This document shows, one piece after another, positions 15,766-26,401 of a stretch of DNA of 61,230 bases. The stretch lies in IMG/VR virus record IMGVR_UViG_3300007734_000738, positions 1 to 61,230 of that record, one strand, 5' to 3'. This stretch comes from a virus. Lineage: Duplodnaviria > Caudoviricetes. A program made the position numbers and the translations under genes. Each line of letters begins with the position of its first letter. Positions within the stretch are counted from its first letter, which is position 1. Under the pieces are notes generated by a model. It made no database searches and was not told the origin of the DNA. It saw nothing but the letters and a program-made list of their open reading frames with translations.

Positions 15766-16824
15766 ATGCAGACTTTTTCACTCAGTACCGCCCGTATCGC
15801 CAAGTATAAAGGCGAGATTCTGGCTCATGCTGTCCCGATGGAAGTGCTTGGTCGCCAGGGCCGGCAGGTGCGTCGGATGCCCAAGAACGCCAGTGACACG
15901 TATGTGGCCCGTCGGTTTCTCCCCTACGGGGCGACCGCGGCGTCCCCGAACACCTTCTACGCGAACGGCACCGGCGATCGAGGGAACGTGATCGTGCAGG
16001 CCCATCAGACGCAGGACGGCGTCACGCCGAATCCGGATACGATCACCCCGCAGGATAGTCAGGTGGTCATTCAGCAGTATTCCTGCTTGTATGGTTTTAC
16101 CGATAAAACCTACAATCTCTACGAGGATGACATCCCCGAGGAGATGATCAAGCAGGTCGGCGAACGCGTCACGTTGGTCAACGAGTTGATCAACTGGGGT
16201 GTCTTGCGCAGTTGCACCAATCAGTATTACGGCGGCACGGGCACTACGTTGGCCACGGTCAACGGCGGGATTACGCTGGGATTCTTGCGGAAGATCGCGA
16301 AGAGTCTCCAGGCCAATCACGCGAAGCCGGTGAATTCTGTGTTGAAAGCGAGCGGCTCCTACGGGACGTCCCCGGTGCCGGCTGGCTTCACGATGTTCAT
16401 TCATACGGATGCGGAACCGGATGTGCGTGACGTGCCCGGCTTCATCCCCGCCGAGAAGTATGCCAGCGGCACGCCGATGGAACACGAGATCGGCATGATC
16501 GAACGCACGCGTATCATCACCTCCCCGGATCTGCCGTCCTTCCAGGATGGCGGCGCCGCGATCGGTGCCACGGGGTTGTACAGCACGACCGGCACGTCGA
16601 TCGACGTCTATCCGTTTGTGGTCATCGCGCAGGATGCCTGGAGTCAGATTGCCGTGCGCGGGATGGAATCCTTGGCCCCGACCTACTTGCCTCCGGGTCT
16701 GCCCAGCAAGTCGGATCCGTTCGGTCAGAGAGGGTACGCCGGCACCATTTGGTGGAAGGCGGCCATGGTTGAAAACAACGGTTGGATGGCAGTCGGCAAC
16801 GTCGGCCTGAAGACCCTGGCCTAA
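15766..16824 (+). CDS. Major capsid protein (N4-gp56-like family)
   Basis: DGVTP..D, IQQYSCLYGFTD, EKYASGTPMEHEIG, KSDPFGQRGYAGTIWW. Confidence 0.88.
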   Translation: MQTFSLSTARIAKYKGEILAHAVPMEVLGRQGRQVRRMPKNASDTYVARRFLPYGATAASPNTFYANGTGDRGNVIVQAHQTQDGVTPNPDTITPQDSQVVIQQYSCLYGFTDKTYNLYEDDIPEEMIKQVGERVTLVNELINWGVLRSCTNQYYGGTGTTLATVNGGITLGFLRKIAKSLQANHAKPVNSVLKASGSYGTSPVPAGFTMFIHTDAEPDVRDVPGFIPAEKYASGTPMEHEIGMIERTRIITSPDLPSFQDGGAAIGATGLYSTTGTSIDVYPFVVIAQDAWSQIAVRGMESLAPTYLPPGLPSKSDPFGQRGYAGTIWWKAAMVENNGWMAVGNVGLKTLA

Positions 16825-16858
16825 ACCCGACACGGATCGCCTGAAAGGAACGGTTTCC

Positions 16859-17359
16859 ATGATTGATACCATCACACGGTTTGTGCAAGCTCTCCCGGAC
16901 ATGCCGGGTAAGATGCACCTCATTACGCTGTTCAAAGCGTTGGGAGATCGTCTCTCTAGCCAGCCCCTCGCCACGGCGGGGCTGGTGATCAAGGCAGGTG
17001 GCGGGGTACTAACCAAGATTGGCGCCACCCCCTACTATGGCGTCGCCAATGGGAAGTTGGTCACCATCGCCGCCGCGACGGATATGCCGGCCCTGACGGG
17101 TCTAGTCATTACCGCCGCGTCGTTTAACGTCGCCTGTTTCTTTGTCGACTCGGCGTCGGTTGTGACCGTCGCGTTCGGCACGGAAGGCACGACACTCGGC
17201 AAGGTCGTGTTCCCGACATTCCCTGAAAACAAAGCGTTGGTGGGATTGCTCATCATCACGCACAGTTCCACATTCACGGGCGGAACGACCGCCTTGGATA
17301 CGGCGACCACCGTCTATGTTAGCCCGGTGGGGCCGTGTGATCCGACCGTGTTGATTTAA
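16859..17359 (+). CDS. Virion structural protein (capsid decoration-like)
   Basis: Follows the MCP; Ala/Thr/Val-rich. Confidence 0.6.
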   Translation: MIDTITRFVQALPDMPGKMHLITLFKALGDRLSSQPLATAGLVIKAGGGVLTKIGATPYYGVANGKLVTIAAATDMPALTGLVITAASFNVACFFVDSASVVTVAFGTEGTTLGKVVFPTFPENKALVGLLIITHSSTFTGGTTALDTATTVYVSPVGPCDPTVLI

Positions 17360-17387
17360 CACATTCGCATACGAAGGAGATCGAGAT

Positions 17388-17894
17388 ATGGATAATCTGA
17401 TGTTACGAGGGGCCGCCTTTACCACCACGAGTGGATTGCTGACGGCGACCGGTGCGGTCACGACCTATGACACGACCGCGACGATCAACTACGTCATCGA
17501 TGGCGTGATCTTGCAGAAGACCGCCATCACGACGGGTGCTACGGTGACGCTCGACTACATCACGGGGGTCGCATTCCCGGCCTTGGTCGGTGGCGCCAGC
17601 GTCGCCAACACACCGGGACACGGTTGCGTCGTGGTCTGGGGTCTCATCGGCGGGACCGTGAAGTGTATGATGGGTCCGCACGAGAGTTTGGATATGCAGG
17701 GCAACTTCGTGCGTGCTCCGCAGTTCCCGGCCGTTCCGGAAAACGTGGCCGTTTTCGCCTATCAGGTCCTCAAGGCCGGAGCCACCGCTTCCGCGACCGC
17801 GATCGTGTTCGGCACCGCGAACTGGAACGCCACGGGCTTTACGAACGCGATCAAGAATTGCGCGTATCTGCCGGCGCGTCCGCAGGTCGCCTAA
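17388..17894 (+). CDS. Virion structural protein
   Basis: Strong RBS; composition similar to the previous gene. Confidence 0.6.
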   Translation: MDNLMLRGAAFTTTSGLLTATGAVTTYDTTATINYVIDGVILQKTAITTGATVTLDYITGVAFPALVGGASVANTPGHGCVVVWGLIGGTVKCMMGPHESLDMQGNFVRAPQFPAVPENVAVFAYQVLKAGATASATAIVFGTANWNATGFTNAIKNCAYLPARPQVA

Positions 17895-17908
17895 CATCCC
17901 GTCTCACT

Positions 17909-17934
17909 GAGAGGGGCTCTTCGGAGCCCCTCTC
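17909..17934 (+). terminator. 11-bp hairpin with cUUCGg loop after the capsid genes (no U-tract; terminator or mRNA stabiliser)
   Basis: GAGAGGGGCTC-TTCG-GAGCCCCTCTC. Confidence 0.55.
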
Positions 17935-17956
17935 CTCATCCCCTACGGAGGTTTCT

Positions 17957-18532
17957 ATGTCCGAGACTGAAACGGTACCTGTCAGTGAACCCATCGTGCG
18001 TCGAGGTCGCCCCGCCGGGAAACTGAAACGCTTGTCCGAACTCGATAGTCGCAGCGTCGAGATTCCGAAGAAAGAAACCCTCGTCATGCCCCCGATTGAC
18101 GAAGCGGTGGAACGCGAGTCCCTTATCGTCACCTCGGAAACGCCCCTCCTCAACGATGAGTTGGAGAAGTTGGCGTTCGCCGAAGAGCCGGTCACCATCC
18201 TCATTCATCGTTCCGGGGAAAAGTTTGCCCCACGGTCGACCGACTATATCGCGGTCAACGGAAAGGGCGCCGAAATGCTTTTCAAGAACGGCTGGATCTC
18301 GATCGGGTATCTCCCGCGTGGACAGTCGTTGATCACGAAACGGAAATATGTGGAAGTCTTGGCGCGATCCAAAATGGATCATATCACGACTACCGTGATC
18401 GAACGGGACAACGAAGATCCCCAGAATCTGGTGGAATTTTCCACCGTCTCGACCGCGGCGTTCAGTATCATTCATGACGCGAATCCTCGTGGGGCGGAAT
18501 GGCTCGGGCAATTGCTCAGGCAGCAAGGCTAA
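17957..18532 (+). CDS. Conserved phage hypothetical protein
   Basis: GGAGG RBS before ATG 17957; LAFAEEPVTI..VNG..KRKYVEVLAR..D.NPRGAEWL. Confidence 0.7.
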   Translation: MSETETVPVSEPIVRRGRPAGKLKRLSELDSRSVEIPKKETLVMPPIDEAVERESLIVTSETPLLNDELEKLAFAEEPVTILIHRSGEKFAPRSTDYIAVNGKGAEMLFKNGWISIGYLPRGQSLITKRKYVEVLARSKMDHITTTVIERDNEDPQNLVEFSTVSTAAFSIIHDANPRGAEWLGQLLRQQG

Positions 18533-18535
18533 GGC

Positions 18536-19240
18536 GTGTCCATTCTCAACCCGTCCACGTTTCTGGAACTGACCCAGCGACTTTCGCAGGAATGCCAGAT
18601 CGCCGGGTCAGGTCCCACAACGGTCGTCAACGCCTCGGGTCAGGCGTTCGATCTGTTCGCGTGGATCAGTCAAGCATCGAAAGAAATCGACGAACTACAT
18701 GAAGACTGGGGGTATCTCCTCGTCCACCCCGGTGTCGCCTTTGCCACGATTGCGGGCCAACAACTCTATACCCCCGCCCAATGCGGGGTGACAGCCGGTG
18801 AGGTCGGACTCTGGAAACGGGATACCTTTCGCAATTATCTCTCGACGACCGGGTATGCGTCCGAAATCGAGATGGCCTATCACGATTACGATACCTGGCT
18901 GAGGACGGAGAAAATCGGCGTCCTTCGGACGACCCAAGTGCGTCCGATGGTCTTCACGATCGCGCCTGATAAATCGATCGGCCTTCAATGCCCACTCGCA
19001 GGTTACACGATTATCGGCGATTATTATCGTATTCCATTCGTGCTCGAACTCGACGCGGATGTCCCCCTGATTCCGCAACGCTACCGGATGGCCATCGTCT
19101 ATCGCGCGATGATGGCGTATGCCACGGAAGAAAACGCTCCGGAGATTTACAATGAAGGGGAACGGAACTACCAGAAGATCCTCGCGAATATGTTCCGGAC
19201 CCAACTGACACAAATTAGTAGCGGGGGAGCACTCGCCTAA
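18536..19240 (+). CDS. Head-tail adaptor / tail tubular protein A-like
   Basis: TFLELTQRL N-terminus, DADVPLIPQRYRMAIVYRA; genomic position. Confidence 0.7.
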   Translation: MSILNPSTFLELTQRLSQECQIAGSGPTTVVNASGQAFDLFAWISQASKEIDELHEDWGYLLVHPGVAFATIAGQQLYTPAQCGVTAGEVGLWKRDTFRNYLSTTGYASEIEMAYHDYDTWLRTEKIGVLRTTQVRPMVFTIAPDKSIGLQCPLAGYTIIGDYYRIPFVLELDADVPLIPQRYRMAIVYRAMMAYATEENAPEIYNEGERNYQKILANMFRTQLTQISSGGALA

Positions 19241-21318
19241 TGCCTGTCCCTGTCGGTCGTCATGTACGTCAGCCGGTTCACTACGACGTCGTGAAGATGC
19301 TCGGCGGATGGGATCAACTGACTCCGACCCTCTCACTTGGTCCTGGCGCGCTTCGTGACGTCACGAATTTTGAACTTTCCGCGCTCCCTGGAGGTGGTTA
19401 TAGCCGCATCGCCGGGTATGAGCGCGTTGACGGACGCCCTCGTCCGACCGATGCGTCGTACGGTGTCGTACAACTCGTCGCGTTTATCAACGTACCCACC
19501 ATCGGACAAACACTCACTGGATTTACCTCCGCCGCGACGGGCGTCATTATCGCACTCGGAGGTAACTATCTCGTGTTGTCGAAAGTCACGGGGACGTTTA
19601 CGTCAACCGAGGTCGTCAAAGTCGGCGCCACCACGATCGGAACCGCAACGCCGACTACTTCTATCTTTACACCAATTCAAGACGCGCAATATACTCAGGC
19701 TGCAGCCGATCTCTATCGAGCCGACATTGGCATCGTCCCCGGATCCGGCCCCGTACGAGGCGTGGTCGGACTCACCGTCTCGGGCGTTGAGAAGGTCTTT
19801 GCCTTTCGCAACAATGCGGGTGGGACCGCCGTCGATATCTACCAGGCCTCAACCGGTGGGTGGACGCTCGTCCCTCTGTTCTACGAAATTACTTTCACGG
19901 CGGGTGCTGCCGCGGTTCCTGCCGATGGCGCCACGCTGACACAAGGGGGTGTCACCGCAACGGTCAAACGCGTCTGTCTACAAGTCGGCGCTTGGACCGG
20001 TGCAGGCACGGGACGACTCGTGATCACCGCACCGAGCGGGGGAAATTTTGCTGCGGGAGCGGCGACCTTGACGGGTGGCGCGACCTGCACGCTCAGTGGG
20101 ATTCAAACCGCCATCACGATCGCCCCCGGAGGCACCTATGAGTTTGCCACCGGAAATCTTGTGGGGCAGGCAGAGACCGTCCGTATTTATGGATGCGACG
20201 GCATCAATCGGGGTTTCGAATTTGACGGTGTCACCTACGCGCCAATCACGACGGGCACCTCGACGGATGTGCCGTCTCATGTGGCCGTCCATCAAAAGCA
20301 AATCTTTTTCGCGTTTCGGAGTTCGGTGATTCATTGCGGCCCCGGTACGCCGTTCATCTGGACAGCCGGTGGTGGAGCCAGTGAAATCGCGGTTGGCAAT
20401 ACGATCACCAACTTCTTGACTCAACCTGGTTCGACCACCTCGGCTGCGCTTGGGATTACCACGCTCGACAATTATCATACGCTCTACGGAACAGGGGTCG
20501 CAAATTGGACGCTGGTGGGCCTGAACGCAGGCACCGGTGGCATTGCGCGTACGGCGCAATTGCTCAATCAAGGTTATTGGCTCGACGATCCTGGCGTGAT
20601 CAATCTGAGGACTACCCAGAATTTTGGTAACTTTACTACGTCGTCGATTACCCAACATTTGAATACGTTCGTCACGAGTCAACGATCACTGGTAAATAGT
20701 TCCACGGTGCATCATGGAAAAAGTCAATATCGTCTGTACTTCTCAGATGGGCAAGGACTCTACCTCACCGTCGCGAACGGTAAGTTCCTCGGGGCAACGA
20801 AAGTCGCCTTCCCTGACGCGCTCTATTGTACGCGATCGGTCGAACGATCGGACTTCTCCGAACGGATCTATGCAGGAGCCAATAGTTCAGGATACGTCTA
20901 TGAACTCGATCGAGGCTCCTCATTCGACGGCGCGGCGATTGAGGCGTCACTAGTATTCAATTGGAACGCGTCCCGTTCCCCTCGCATGGTGAAGCGGTAT
21001 CGAAAGTTGAGTCTCGAACTGCAAGGAAATTTTTACGCGTCGATCAGTGTCGGGTACAGTTTAGGATATACTACACCTGAGCGATTACAAGCCTCGCCGG
21101 CTGCCTACGATTCGGGATTCTCAGGTGTGCCGCGTTGGGATAGTTTTGTGTGGGATGCCTTTACGTGGGACGGGACGACCTTGTCACCAACCGAAATTGA
21201 ACTCCGTGGCAGCGCGGAAAACATTCAGCTCACCCTCTCCTGTGGCACGAATTATATTCAACCCTTTACTGTGAATTCGGCGATCTACAATCTCAGCGGT
21301 CGACGAGGAGTGCGTTAA
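19240..21318 (+). CDS. Tail tubular protein B / nozzle-like
   Basis: 692-aa beta-rich protein following the adaptor. Confidence 0.7.
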   Translation: MPVPVGRHVRQPVHYDVVKMLGGWDQLTPTLSLGPGALRDVTNFELSALPGGGYSRIAGYERVDGRPRPTDASYGVVQLVAFINVPTIGQTLTGFTSAATGVIIALGGNYLVLSKVTGTFTSTEVVKVGATTIGTATPTTSIFTPIQDAQYTQAAADLYRADIGIVPGSGPVRGVVGLTVSGVEKVFAFRNNAGGTAVDIYQASTGGWTLVPLFYEITFTAGAAAVPADGATLTQGGVTATVKRVCLQVGAWTGAGTGRLVITAPSGGNFAAGAATLTGGATCTLSGIQTAITIAPGGTYEFATGNLVGQAETVRIYGCDGINRGFEFDGVTYAPITTGTSTDVPSHVAVHQKQIFFAFRSSVIHCGPGTPFIWTAGGGASEIAVGNTITNFLTQPGSTTSAALGITTLDNYHTLYGTGVANWTLVGLNAGTGGIARTAQLLNQGYWLDDPGVINLRTTQNFGNFTTSSITQHLNTFVTSQRSLVNSSTVHHGKSQYRLYFSDGQGLYLTVANGKFLGATKVAFPDALYCTRSVERSDFSERIYAGANSSGYVYELDRGSSFDGAAIEASLVFNWNASRSPRMVKRYRKLSLELQGNFYASISVGYSLGYTTPERLQASPAAYDSGFSGVPRWDSFVWDAFTWDGTTLSPTEIELRGSAENIQLTLSCGTNYIQPFTVNSAIYNLSGRRGVR

Positions 21319-22770
21319 ATGAATAGTTATTACAATCACGGAGGGGTACCGGCCACGGGTGCAGCCGGGGCGTCTGCCACCATGCGCGCCGAATTTGACG
21401 CCATCGCGTCCGGATTTGCCTTACTCCCGACCTTGTCCGGATTCGGCAACAAAGCCGTCGTCGTGAACGCAGGAGGCACGGCCCTGACGGCCACGTTAGG
21501 CTCGTTGGCGTTGGGGGGAGATCTCACGGTCTCTGGTGCGTCTGCCCTCACCTTCACGACGACGGGTGTCACCAACGTCACATTCCCTACTACGGGGCTG
21601 CTCGCCACCACCTCGAATCATCTCGGCGCGTTCGCGGTCACGACGTCCTCCCAACTCGCGGGTGTGATCTCCGATGAAACGGGAAGCGGGGCACTCGTCT
21701 TTGCGACGAGCCCAACACTCGTCACGCCCATTCTTGGCACACCAACATCGGGCACGCTTACCAATTGCACCGGCCTTCCTGTGGCCGGAGTGATTGGAGC
21801 CGTTCCAAGCGCAGGCGGCAATCTCACGGGCGGACTCAACGAGGCGAAAACCACGGTGGCCTCGGCGACCACGCCGGACATTTTTGCGCTGACGGTTGGC
21901 AATTACGTGGACTACACCGGCACCGTGAGCTGCACGGGATTCGCAGCGGCACCGGCGGCTGGTGCAATGAGAGAGTTGCGGTGCGCGGGTGCGGCTCCGT
22001 TTGTCGCGGGCGCGAACATGCTGATTGACGGCTACGCCAGTGGGGAGACCTTCACGGCGACCGCTGATGATCGAGTAATCGTGCGGGCCGAAACCACGAC
22101 GCAGTTTCGATTGACGATCCGCAAGCGCAATGCGAAATCCATCAACGCCAGCTTGCCATTTGTGGTGGCAGGCGGGACGGCTGACGCGATCACGGCCAAT
22201 TTCACGCCAGACTTGGTTTTGGCAGACCAGCCGATCTTTGCCCTCGTCATGGGGGCGGCCAATGCCACGACCACACCGACCCTCGCCGTAGATGGTGGCA
22301 CGGCAAGAACCATTGTCAAAAAAGGTGGTTCTGCGCTGCTAGCAGGGGATATTCCTGGTGCATTGGCTGTGTGTATTTTTAAGTACAACCTCGCCAATAC
22401 ACGGTTTGAACTACTCAATCCAGCCGCAACCGTAAGCGGCACCCTCACGGCAGGCACGACGAATACGAAAAACCCCGTGGTGTTCAGCACTCAAACTACA
22501 GCGGCTCACGGTCTAGGTGCTACGCCGACCCATTACAATAAATACCTAGAATGTATTACGACAGAACATGGGTATGCTGTCGGGGATCGTATCGATATGC
22601 CAGGGCAAGATGCAAACGGCACCTATGGGATTAGCGTCAGCGCGAATGCGACGAACACCTACATCTCTATCGCGGGGGGGATTGTAGTTGTCCCTCTCGC
22701 AGGTGGCAGCCCCCAGGCGATTACCGCAGCAAATTGGAAGGCAGTTGTCGTGCCGTACAAGATTGCATAA
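21319..22770 (+). CDS. Tail fibre
   Basis: MRAEFDAIASGF anchor; SDETGSGALVFATSPTLVTPILGTPTSGTLTNCTGLP fibre motif. Confidence 0.75.
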   Translation: MNSYYNHGGVPATGAAGASATMRAEFDAIASGFALLPTLSGFGNKAVVVNAGGTALTATLGSLALGGDLTVSGASALTFTTTGVTNVTFPTTGLLATTSNHLGAFAVTTSSQLAGVISDETGSGALVFATSPTLVTPILGTPTSGTLTNCTGLPVAGVIGAVPSAGGNLTGGLNEAKTTVASATTPDIFALTVGNYVDYTGTVSCTGFAAAPAAGAMRELRCAGAAPFVAGANMLIDGYASGETFTATADDRVIVRAETTTQFRLTIRKRNAKSINASLPFVVAGGTADAITANFTPDLVLADQPIFALVMGAANATTTPTLAVDGGTARTIVKKGGSALLAGDIPGALAVCIFKYNLANTRFELLNPAATVSGTLTAGTTNTKNPVVFSTQTTAAHGLGATPTHYNKYLECITTEHGYAVGDRIDMPGQDANGTYGISVSANATNTYISIAGGIVVVPLAGGSPQAITAANWKAVVVPYKIA

Positions 22771-22778
22771 GGAGAATG

Positions 22779-23240
22779 ATGTATCGCACATATTTTGATG
22801 CCGTCACTGGCCAGTATCTCGGTAGTTGGAATTGGCCCGCAACTGATGAACAAACTAGCCATCCATCACTAGCAGGGCATCCGTGGCAAGACGGGCAGGT
22901 GGGCGGATCGGGGTATCGGCTCGATCTCTCGACGGGCAGCCTTGAACTAATTCCCGTCGTGCCCGCGCCGAACTGGGACCAATTCCTCACGGATGCCTAT
23001 ACCGGCTGCCTCGCGGTGGCCACAGGTACGCCGGAGGCACGGTTGATCGAGGTCTCTCGGCGCATGGATCAATACCCCTCATTCGTCACGGCGGCACAGC
23101 GCGAAAATTTGCCCCTGCTCCAGGTGGTGATTGGGCGGGCGCATGCGGACTACCTCGTTGATGCCTCGACCGGGATCTCGCCTGAGATGGAATCGGCCAT
23201 CCAGGCCGCGCTGGTGGCGAATCATCTGGTGCTGTCATAG
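22779..23240 (+). CDS. Tail fibre assembly-like protein
   Basis: YFDAVTGQYLGS N-terminus directly after the fibre gene. Confidence 0.5.
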   Translation: MYRTYFDAVTGQYLGSWNWPATDEQTSHPSLAGHPWQDGQVGGSGYRLDLSTGSLELIPVVPAPNWDQFLTDAYTGCLAVATGTPEARLIEVSRRMDQYPSFVTAAQRENLPLLQVVIGRAHADYLVDASTGISPEMESAIQAALVANHLVLS

Positions 23241-23249
23241 GAGCATCCC

Positions 23250-23423
23250 ATGGCCCAATGTAACGATTGTAAATTCTGGAAAGAACAGAGCGAACGTACC
23301 CTCCCCCATAGCGGCATCTGCCGACGGAATATCCCTACGGTGGTCCCGAACGAATCGGCACCGGGGCGCTATCCGGTCTGCCTTGAAGACTGGTGGTGCG
23401 GGGAATATCAAGTCTCCGTCTAG
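23250..23423 (+). CDS. Small Cys-rich protein (57 aa)
   Basis: AGGAG RBS; MAQCNDCKFW...GICRRNIP...YPVCLEDWWCGEY*; below the ORF-track cutoff. Confidence 0.6.
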   Translation: MAQCNDCKFWKEQSERTLPHSGICRRNIPTVVPNESAPGRYPVCLEDWWCGEYQVSV

Positions 23424-23466
23424 GTACGACACTATGCTACACTGAAACGACGGAGAGAACACGACG

Positions 23467-24414
23467 ATGCCGACCGATCCATTCACTGATCCCACGACGA
23501 CCACCAACCCGCCAGGTATTAGCGGCGGACTGGTCAATAACCCGCCGGTGGCCACACTTCAGCCGGCTCCGACTGCGCCGTCCTATAGCACCACACCGGC
23601 TGTGGCGACGGGCTATGCACCCACACCGTACGTCGTGCCGGATAACGGGACGGTGCAGGAACGTGTGAAGAACATCGTCGGAGAAGACTCCGCGCTCATG
23701 CAGCAGGCCAAGCAACGGTCGACGCAAGAGATGCAGCAACGCGGTCTGGTGAATTCGAGTCTCGCCGTCGGCGCTGGGGAGCAAGCGGTCATCGCACAGG
23801 CGCTGCCTATGGCCCAGCAAGACGCGCAGACCTACGCCAATGCGGCGACGAACACGGCGAACCAGCAAAACGCTGCATCACAGTTTACGGCCGGTGCACA
23901 GAACACCGTCGCTCTTACCAACGCGCAGCAGGCAAATGCCGCCAGTGCCAATAACCAGCAGGCTGCCGTCCAATTGACGAATACCCAGATGCAGCGTGAG
24001 GCTCAAGTGGCCCTCGCCAATCTTGATACACAGACCCGTTTGGCGCTCAGTACGATGGACACCCAAACGCGCCAACTGTTGCAAACGAATCAGGGTGCAT
24101 CCAATGCGTATGTACAGGCCGTCACCAATATCTCGAACATCACGACGAGTAACACGATGAGCCAGGAGGCGAAAGATCGTGCCGTCGCCAGTCAGGTCAA
24201 TCTTCTCCGCGAACAACTTCGAACATTGAGCGGAATTGCCACCACCTCACCGCCTGAGATCGCGGGATTGAATCTTGGCAGTTATTTTGATCAAGAAGTT
24301 CTCGCCCCGGTTGTGAATACCGTTGTAGGACCCTCCGGCACGATCACGTACACCGGCGCGGGCGGGGTTCAATATGCGACGCAGGAAGATGCCAATCGTT
24401 CGTTGGGTCAGTAA
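23467..24414 (+). CDS. Internal virion (ejection) protein
   Basis: Q/N/A-rich; RGLVNSSLAVGAGEQAVIAQALPMAQQDA motif. Confidence 0.7.
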   Translation: MPTDPFTDPTTTTNPPGISGGLVNNPPVATLQPAPTAPSYSTTPAVATGYAPTPYVVPDNGTVQERVKNIVGEDSALMQQAKQRSTQEMQQRGLVNSSLAVGAGEQAVIAQALPMAQQDAQTYANAATNTANQQNAASQFTAGAQNTVALTNAQQANAASANNQQAAVQLTNTQMQREAQVALANLDTQTRLALSTMDTQTRQLLQTNQGASNAYVQAVTNISNITTSNTMSQEAKDRAVASQVNLLREQLRTLSGIATTSPPEIAGLNLGSYFDQEVLAPVVNTVVGPSGTITYTGAGGVQYATQEDANRSLGQ

Positions 24415-24875
24415 TGACGACGATTCGCCCACTCAAACCGCATGAGATTCATTTGTGCGTCCCGTTTGGTGAACAGTTTCATCAGGAGTTGCAACTCGCG
24501 GGGCAGTTTCTCCCGCAGTGTTTTGTGGACAATTGGTTGCTCTTTCTCGCGAGTTATCCGTCCACGATCCTGGGCCTCTGGCAGGACGAGGTCTTGATTG
24601 GGGGATTGGGCGGGATGATTGCCCCGGATTTGTATGACGGCCGGCTCTACGCCCAGGAGTTTTTCTGGTTCATCGGGAAAGCGCATCGGCGAGGCACCGG
24701 GGCGTTACGACTTCTTCGCGCATTCGAGCAATGGGCCATCGACCGCCAGGCGACAGAACTCCGGATGGTGCATTTGGTCGGCGCGCAAGAGACCGCACTC
24801 GAAACGCTCTATGAGAAACTCGGCTATGTTAAAGTAGAAGTGTGCTACCGTAAACCGCTTGTGATGAAGGACTAA
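24414..24875 (+). CDS. GNAT-family acetyltransferase
   Basis: EFFWFIGKAHRRGTGALRLL..FEQWA...LYEKLGY. Confidence 0.8.
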   Translation: MTTIRPLKPHEIHLCVPFGEQFHQELQLAGQFLPQCFVDNWLLFLASYPSTILGLWQDEVLIGGLGGMIAPDLYDGRLYAQEFFWFIGKAHRRGTGALRLLRAFEQWAIDRQATELRMVHLVGAQETALETLYEKLGYVKVEVCYRKPLVMKD

Positions 24876-24879
24876 TTCT

Positions 24880-25797
24880 ATGGCCGTCTTTACTGCTGCT
24901 GCCTTAGCCATTGGCGCCGCGATTGCTACTACGACTGCCGCAACCGTCGCCGCCGCCGTGGTGACGACGTCGATCGCGATCGGTGTCGCAGGACTCGCGG
25001 TCACCGCGGTCGGGCTAGTGACGAAAAATCAAGATCTGCTCAAAGCGGGTAAGATCATGGGCTATGTAGGTCTCGCGGGCGGTCTCGCCGGCGGGGCGAT
25101 TGGTGGATTTGGGGCGCTCGCATCCGGGACTGAAGGTGGATTTGCGGCTGGAGCCGGCGATGCGTTTGCGGGAGCGAGCCAATTTCTCAAAGAAGGATGG
25201 GACACAGGGGTCGGCAGTCTCTTCTCGGGCGGCGAACAGGTGGCCGGAGCGGTACCTGGTGCGGCATCGGGCCAACAGCCCTTTGTTCCGAGTGAGGCCA
25301 ATCCGGGCATTAACGCTGCGGCTCCGAGCACGAGCATTGACCCGGCTGCGTCGTTACCTGGCCCTACAGCGACTAATGGAGTCAATCCGGCAAGCACCGC
25401 TCCGCAGACGGTGGCGGCCCATTCCCCCTCCATCCCAGTGCCCGCGTCGCCGCAGGATCCTCTCGATCCGTTCGCGCAACAGGTGAACGCGAACCTTAGT
25501 CAGGTTGGCCAAACCGGTCAGGGTAGTGTGTTGGCGCCGAGTGTGGTGATCCCCCCATCTGCTCCGGCCCCAACCGGCCTTGCTGCGATGCCCGAGTGGG
25601 CGAAGTACGCGGGGGTGACGACGGCGGGGCAAGGGGTATCCGGTCTCGCCTCGGGATATTTTACAGGACAGAGCGCCGAGGAAAATCTTCGACAGCAACA
25701 ACTCGTGAATCAACAGCAACAGACTCAACTCCAGTTGTTGAACAAACAAGGCAGTTACGCGCCCTTAATCCGATTCAACAAACCGGCGGGCGCCTAA
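24880..25797 (+). CDS. Internal virion / DNA transfer protein
   Basis: Gly/Ala-rich hydrophobic N-terminus; genomic position. Confidence 0.65.
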   Translation: MAVFTAAALAIGAAIATTTAATVAAAVVTTSIAIGVAGLAVTAVGLVTKNQDLLKAGKIMGYVGLAGGLAGGAIGGFGALASGTEGGFAAGAGDAFAGASQFLKEGWDTGVGSLFSGGEQVAGAVPGAASGQQPFVPSEANPGINAAAPSTSIDPAASLPGPTATNGVNPASTAPQTVAAHSPSIPVPASPQDPLDPFAQQVNANLSQVGQTGQGSVLAPSVVIPPSAPAPTGLAAMPEWAKYAGVTTAGQGVSGLASGYFTGQSAEENLRQQQLVNQQQQTQLQLLNKQGSYAPLIRFNKPAGA

Positions 25798-25813
25798 GTA
25801 GAGGGGATGTCGT

Positions 25814-26401
25814 ATGGCAGGGTTAGTCAATCAAGTCGATAATCGTCTCTTGACGCAGGCACAACAGAAGGCGGAAGCCTCGGTGCCAGCGCAATATCGT
25901 CGTGGCTATACTGCCATTGTGGCTGCCGGATTAAAGGCGATGTTCTCCGACAACACGTTCCCGCTCATGAAACAATATCTCGCGTCGATTAAAAGCCCAC
26001 AGGATATTCCGCACGTGGTCGCGCACGGGATTATGAAACTCCTCTCGATTCTCTACAATGAGAGTCGAGGGAAGTTGCAACTGGAAGCCTCAGGACCCGC
26101 ATCGATCGTCCTCATGACGCACGCACTCGATTATGTCGAAGACGTCATGAAGATCCCGATCACTCCGGAGATCTTGGCGCAGACCGCCCAATTGGTCAAC
26201 AAAGGTGTGATGAACTTTTTGAAGCAAGCCTCGCAACTGAGCGATGCTGATTTTGAACAGATCCTACAGGGGAAGGGGAAAGAACTGGCCGCCTCGAAGC
26301 AGGCGCAACAGGCCCCTCCCACCCAACCCGGCATACCCGCCGCGCAACCCGGTGTGCCTGCAGGCCAACCAATGGCCCCTCCGGCACAAGGAGCCGTCTA
26401 A
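25814..26401 (+). CDS. Hypothetical virion-associated protein
   Basis: Within the ejection-protein cluster. Confidence 0.6.
   Translation: MAGLVNQVDNRLLTQAQQKAEASVPAQYRRGYTAIVAAGLKAMFSDNTFPLMKQYLASIKSPQDIPHVVAHGIMKLLSILYNESRGKLQLEASGPASIVLMTHALDYVEDVMKIPITPEILAQTAQLVNKGVMNFLKQASQLSDADFEQILQGKGKELAASKQAQQAPPTQPGIPAAQPGVPAGQPMAPPAQGAV

Noticed and set aside
15778-17028. 416-aa antisense ORF opposite the major capsid gene
   Set aside because: Shadow ORF with no motifs.
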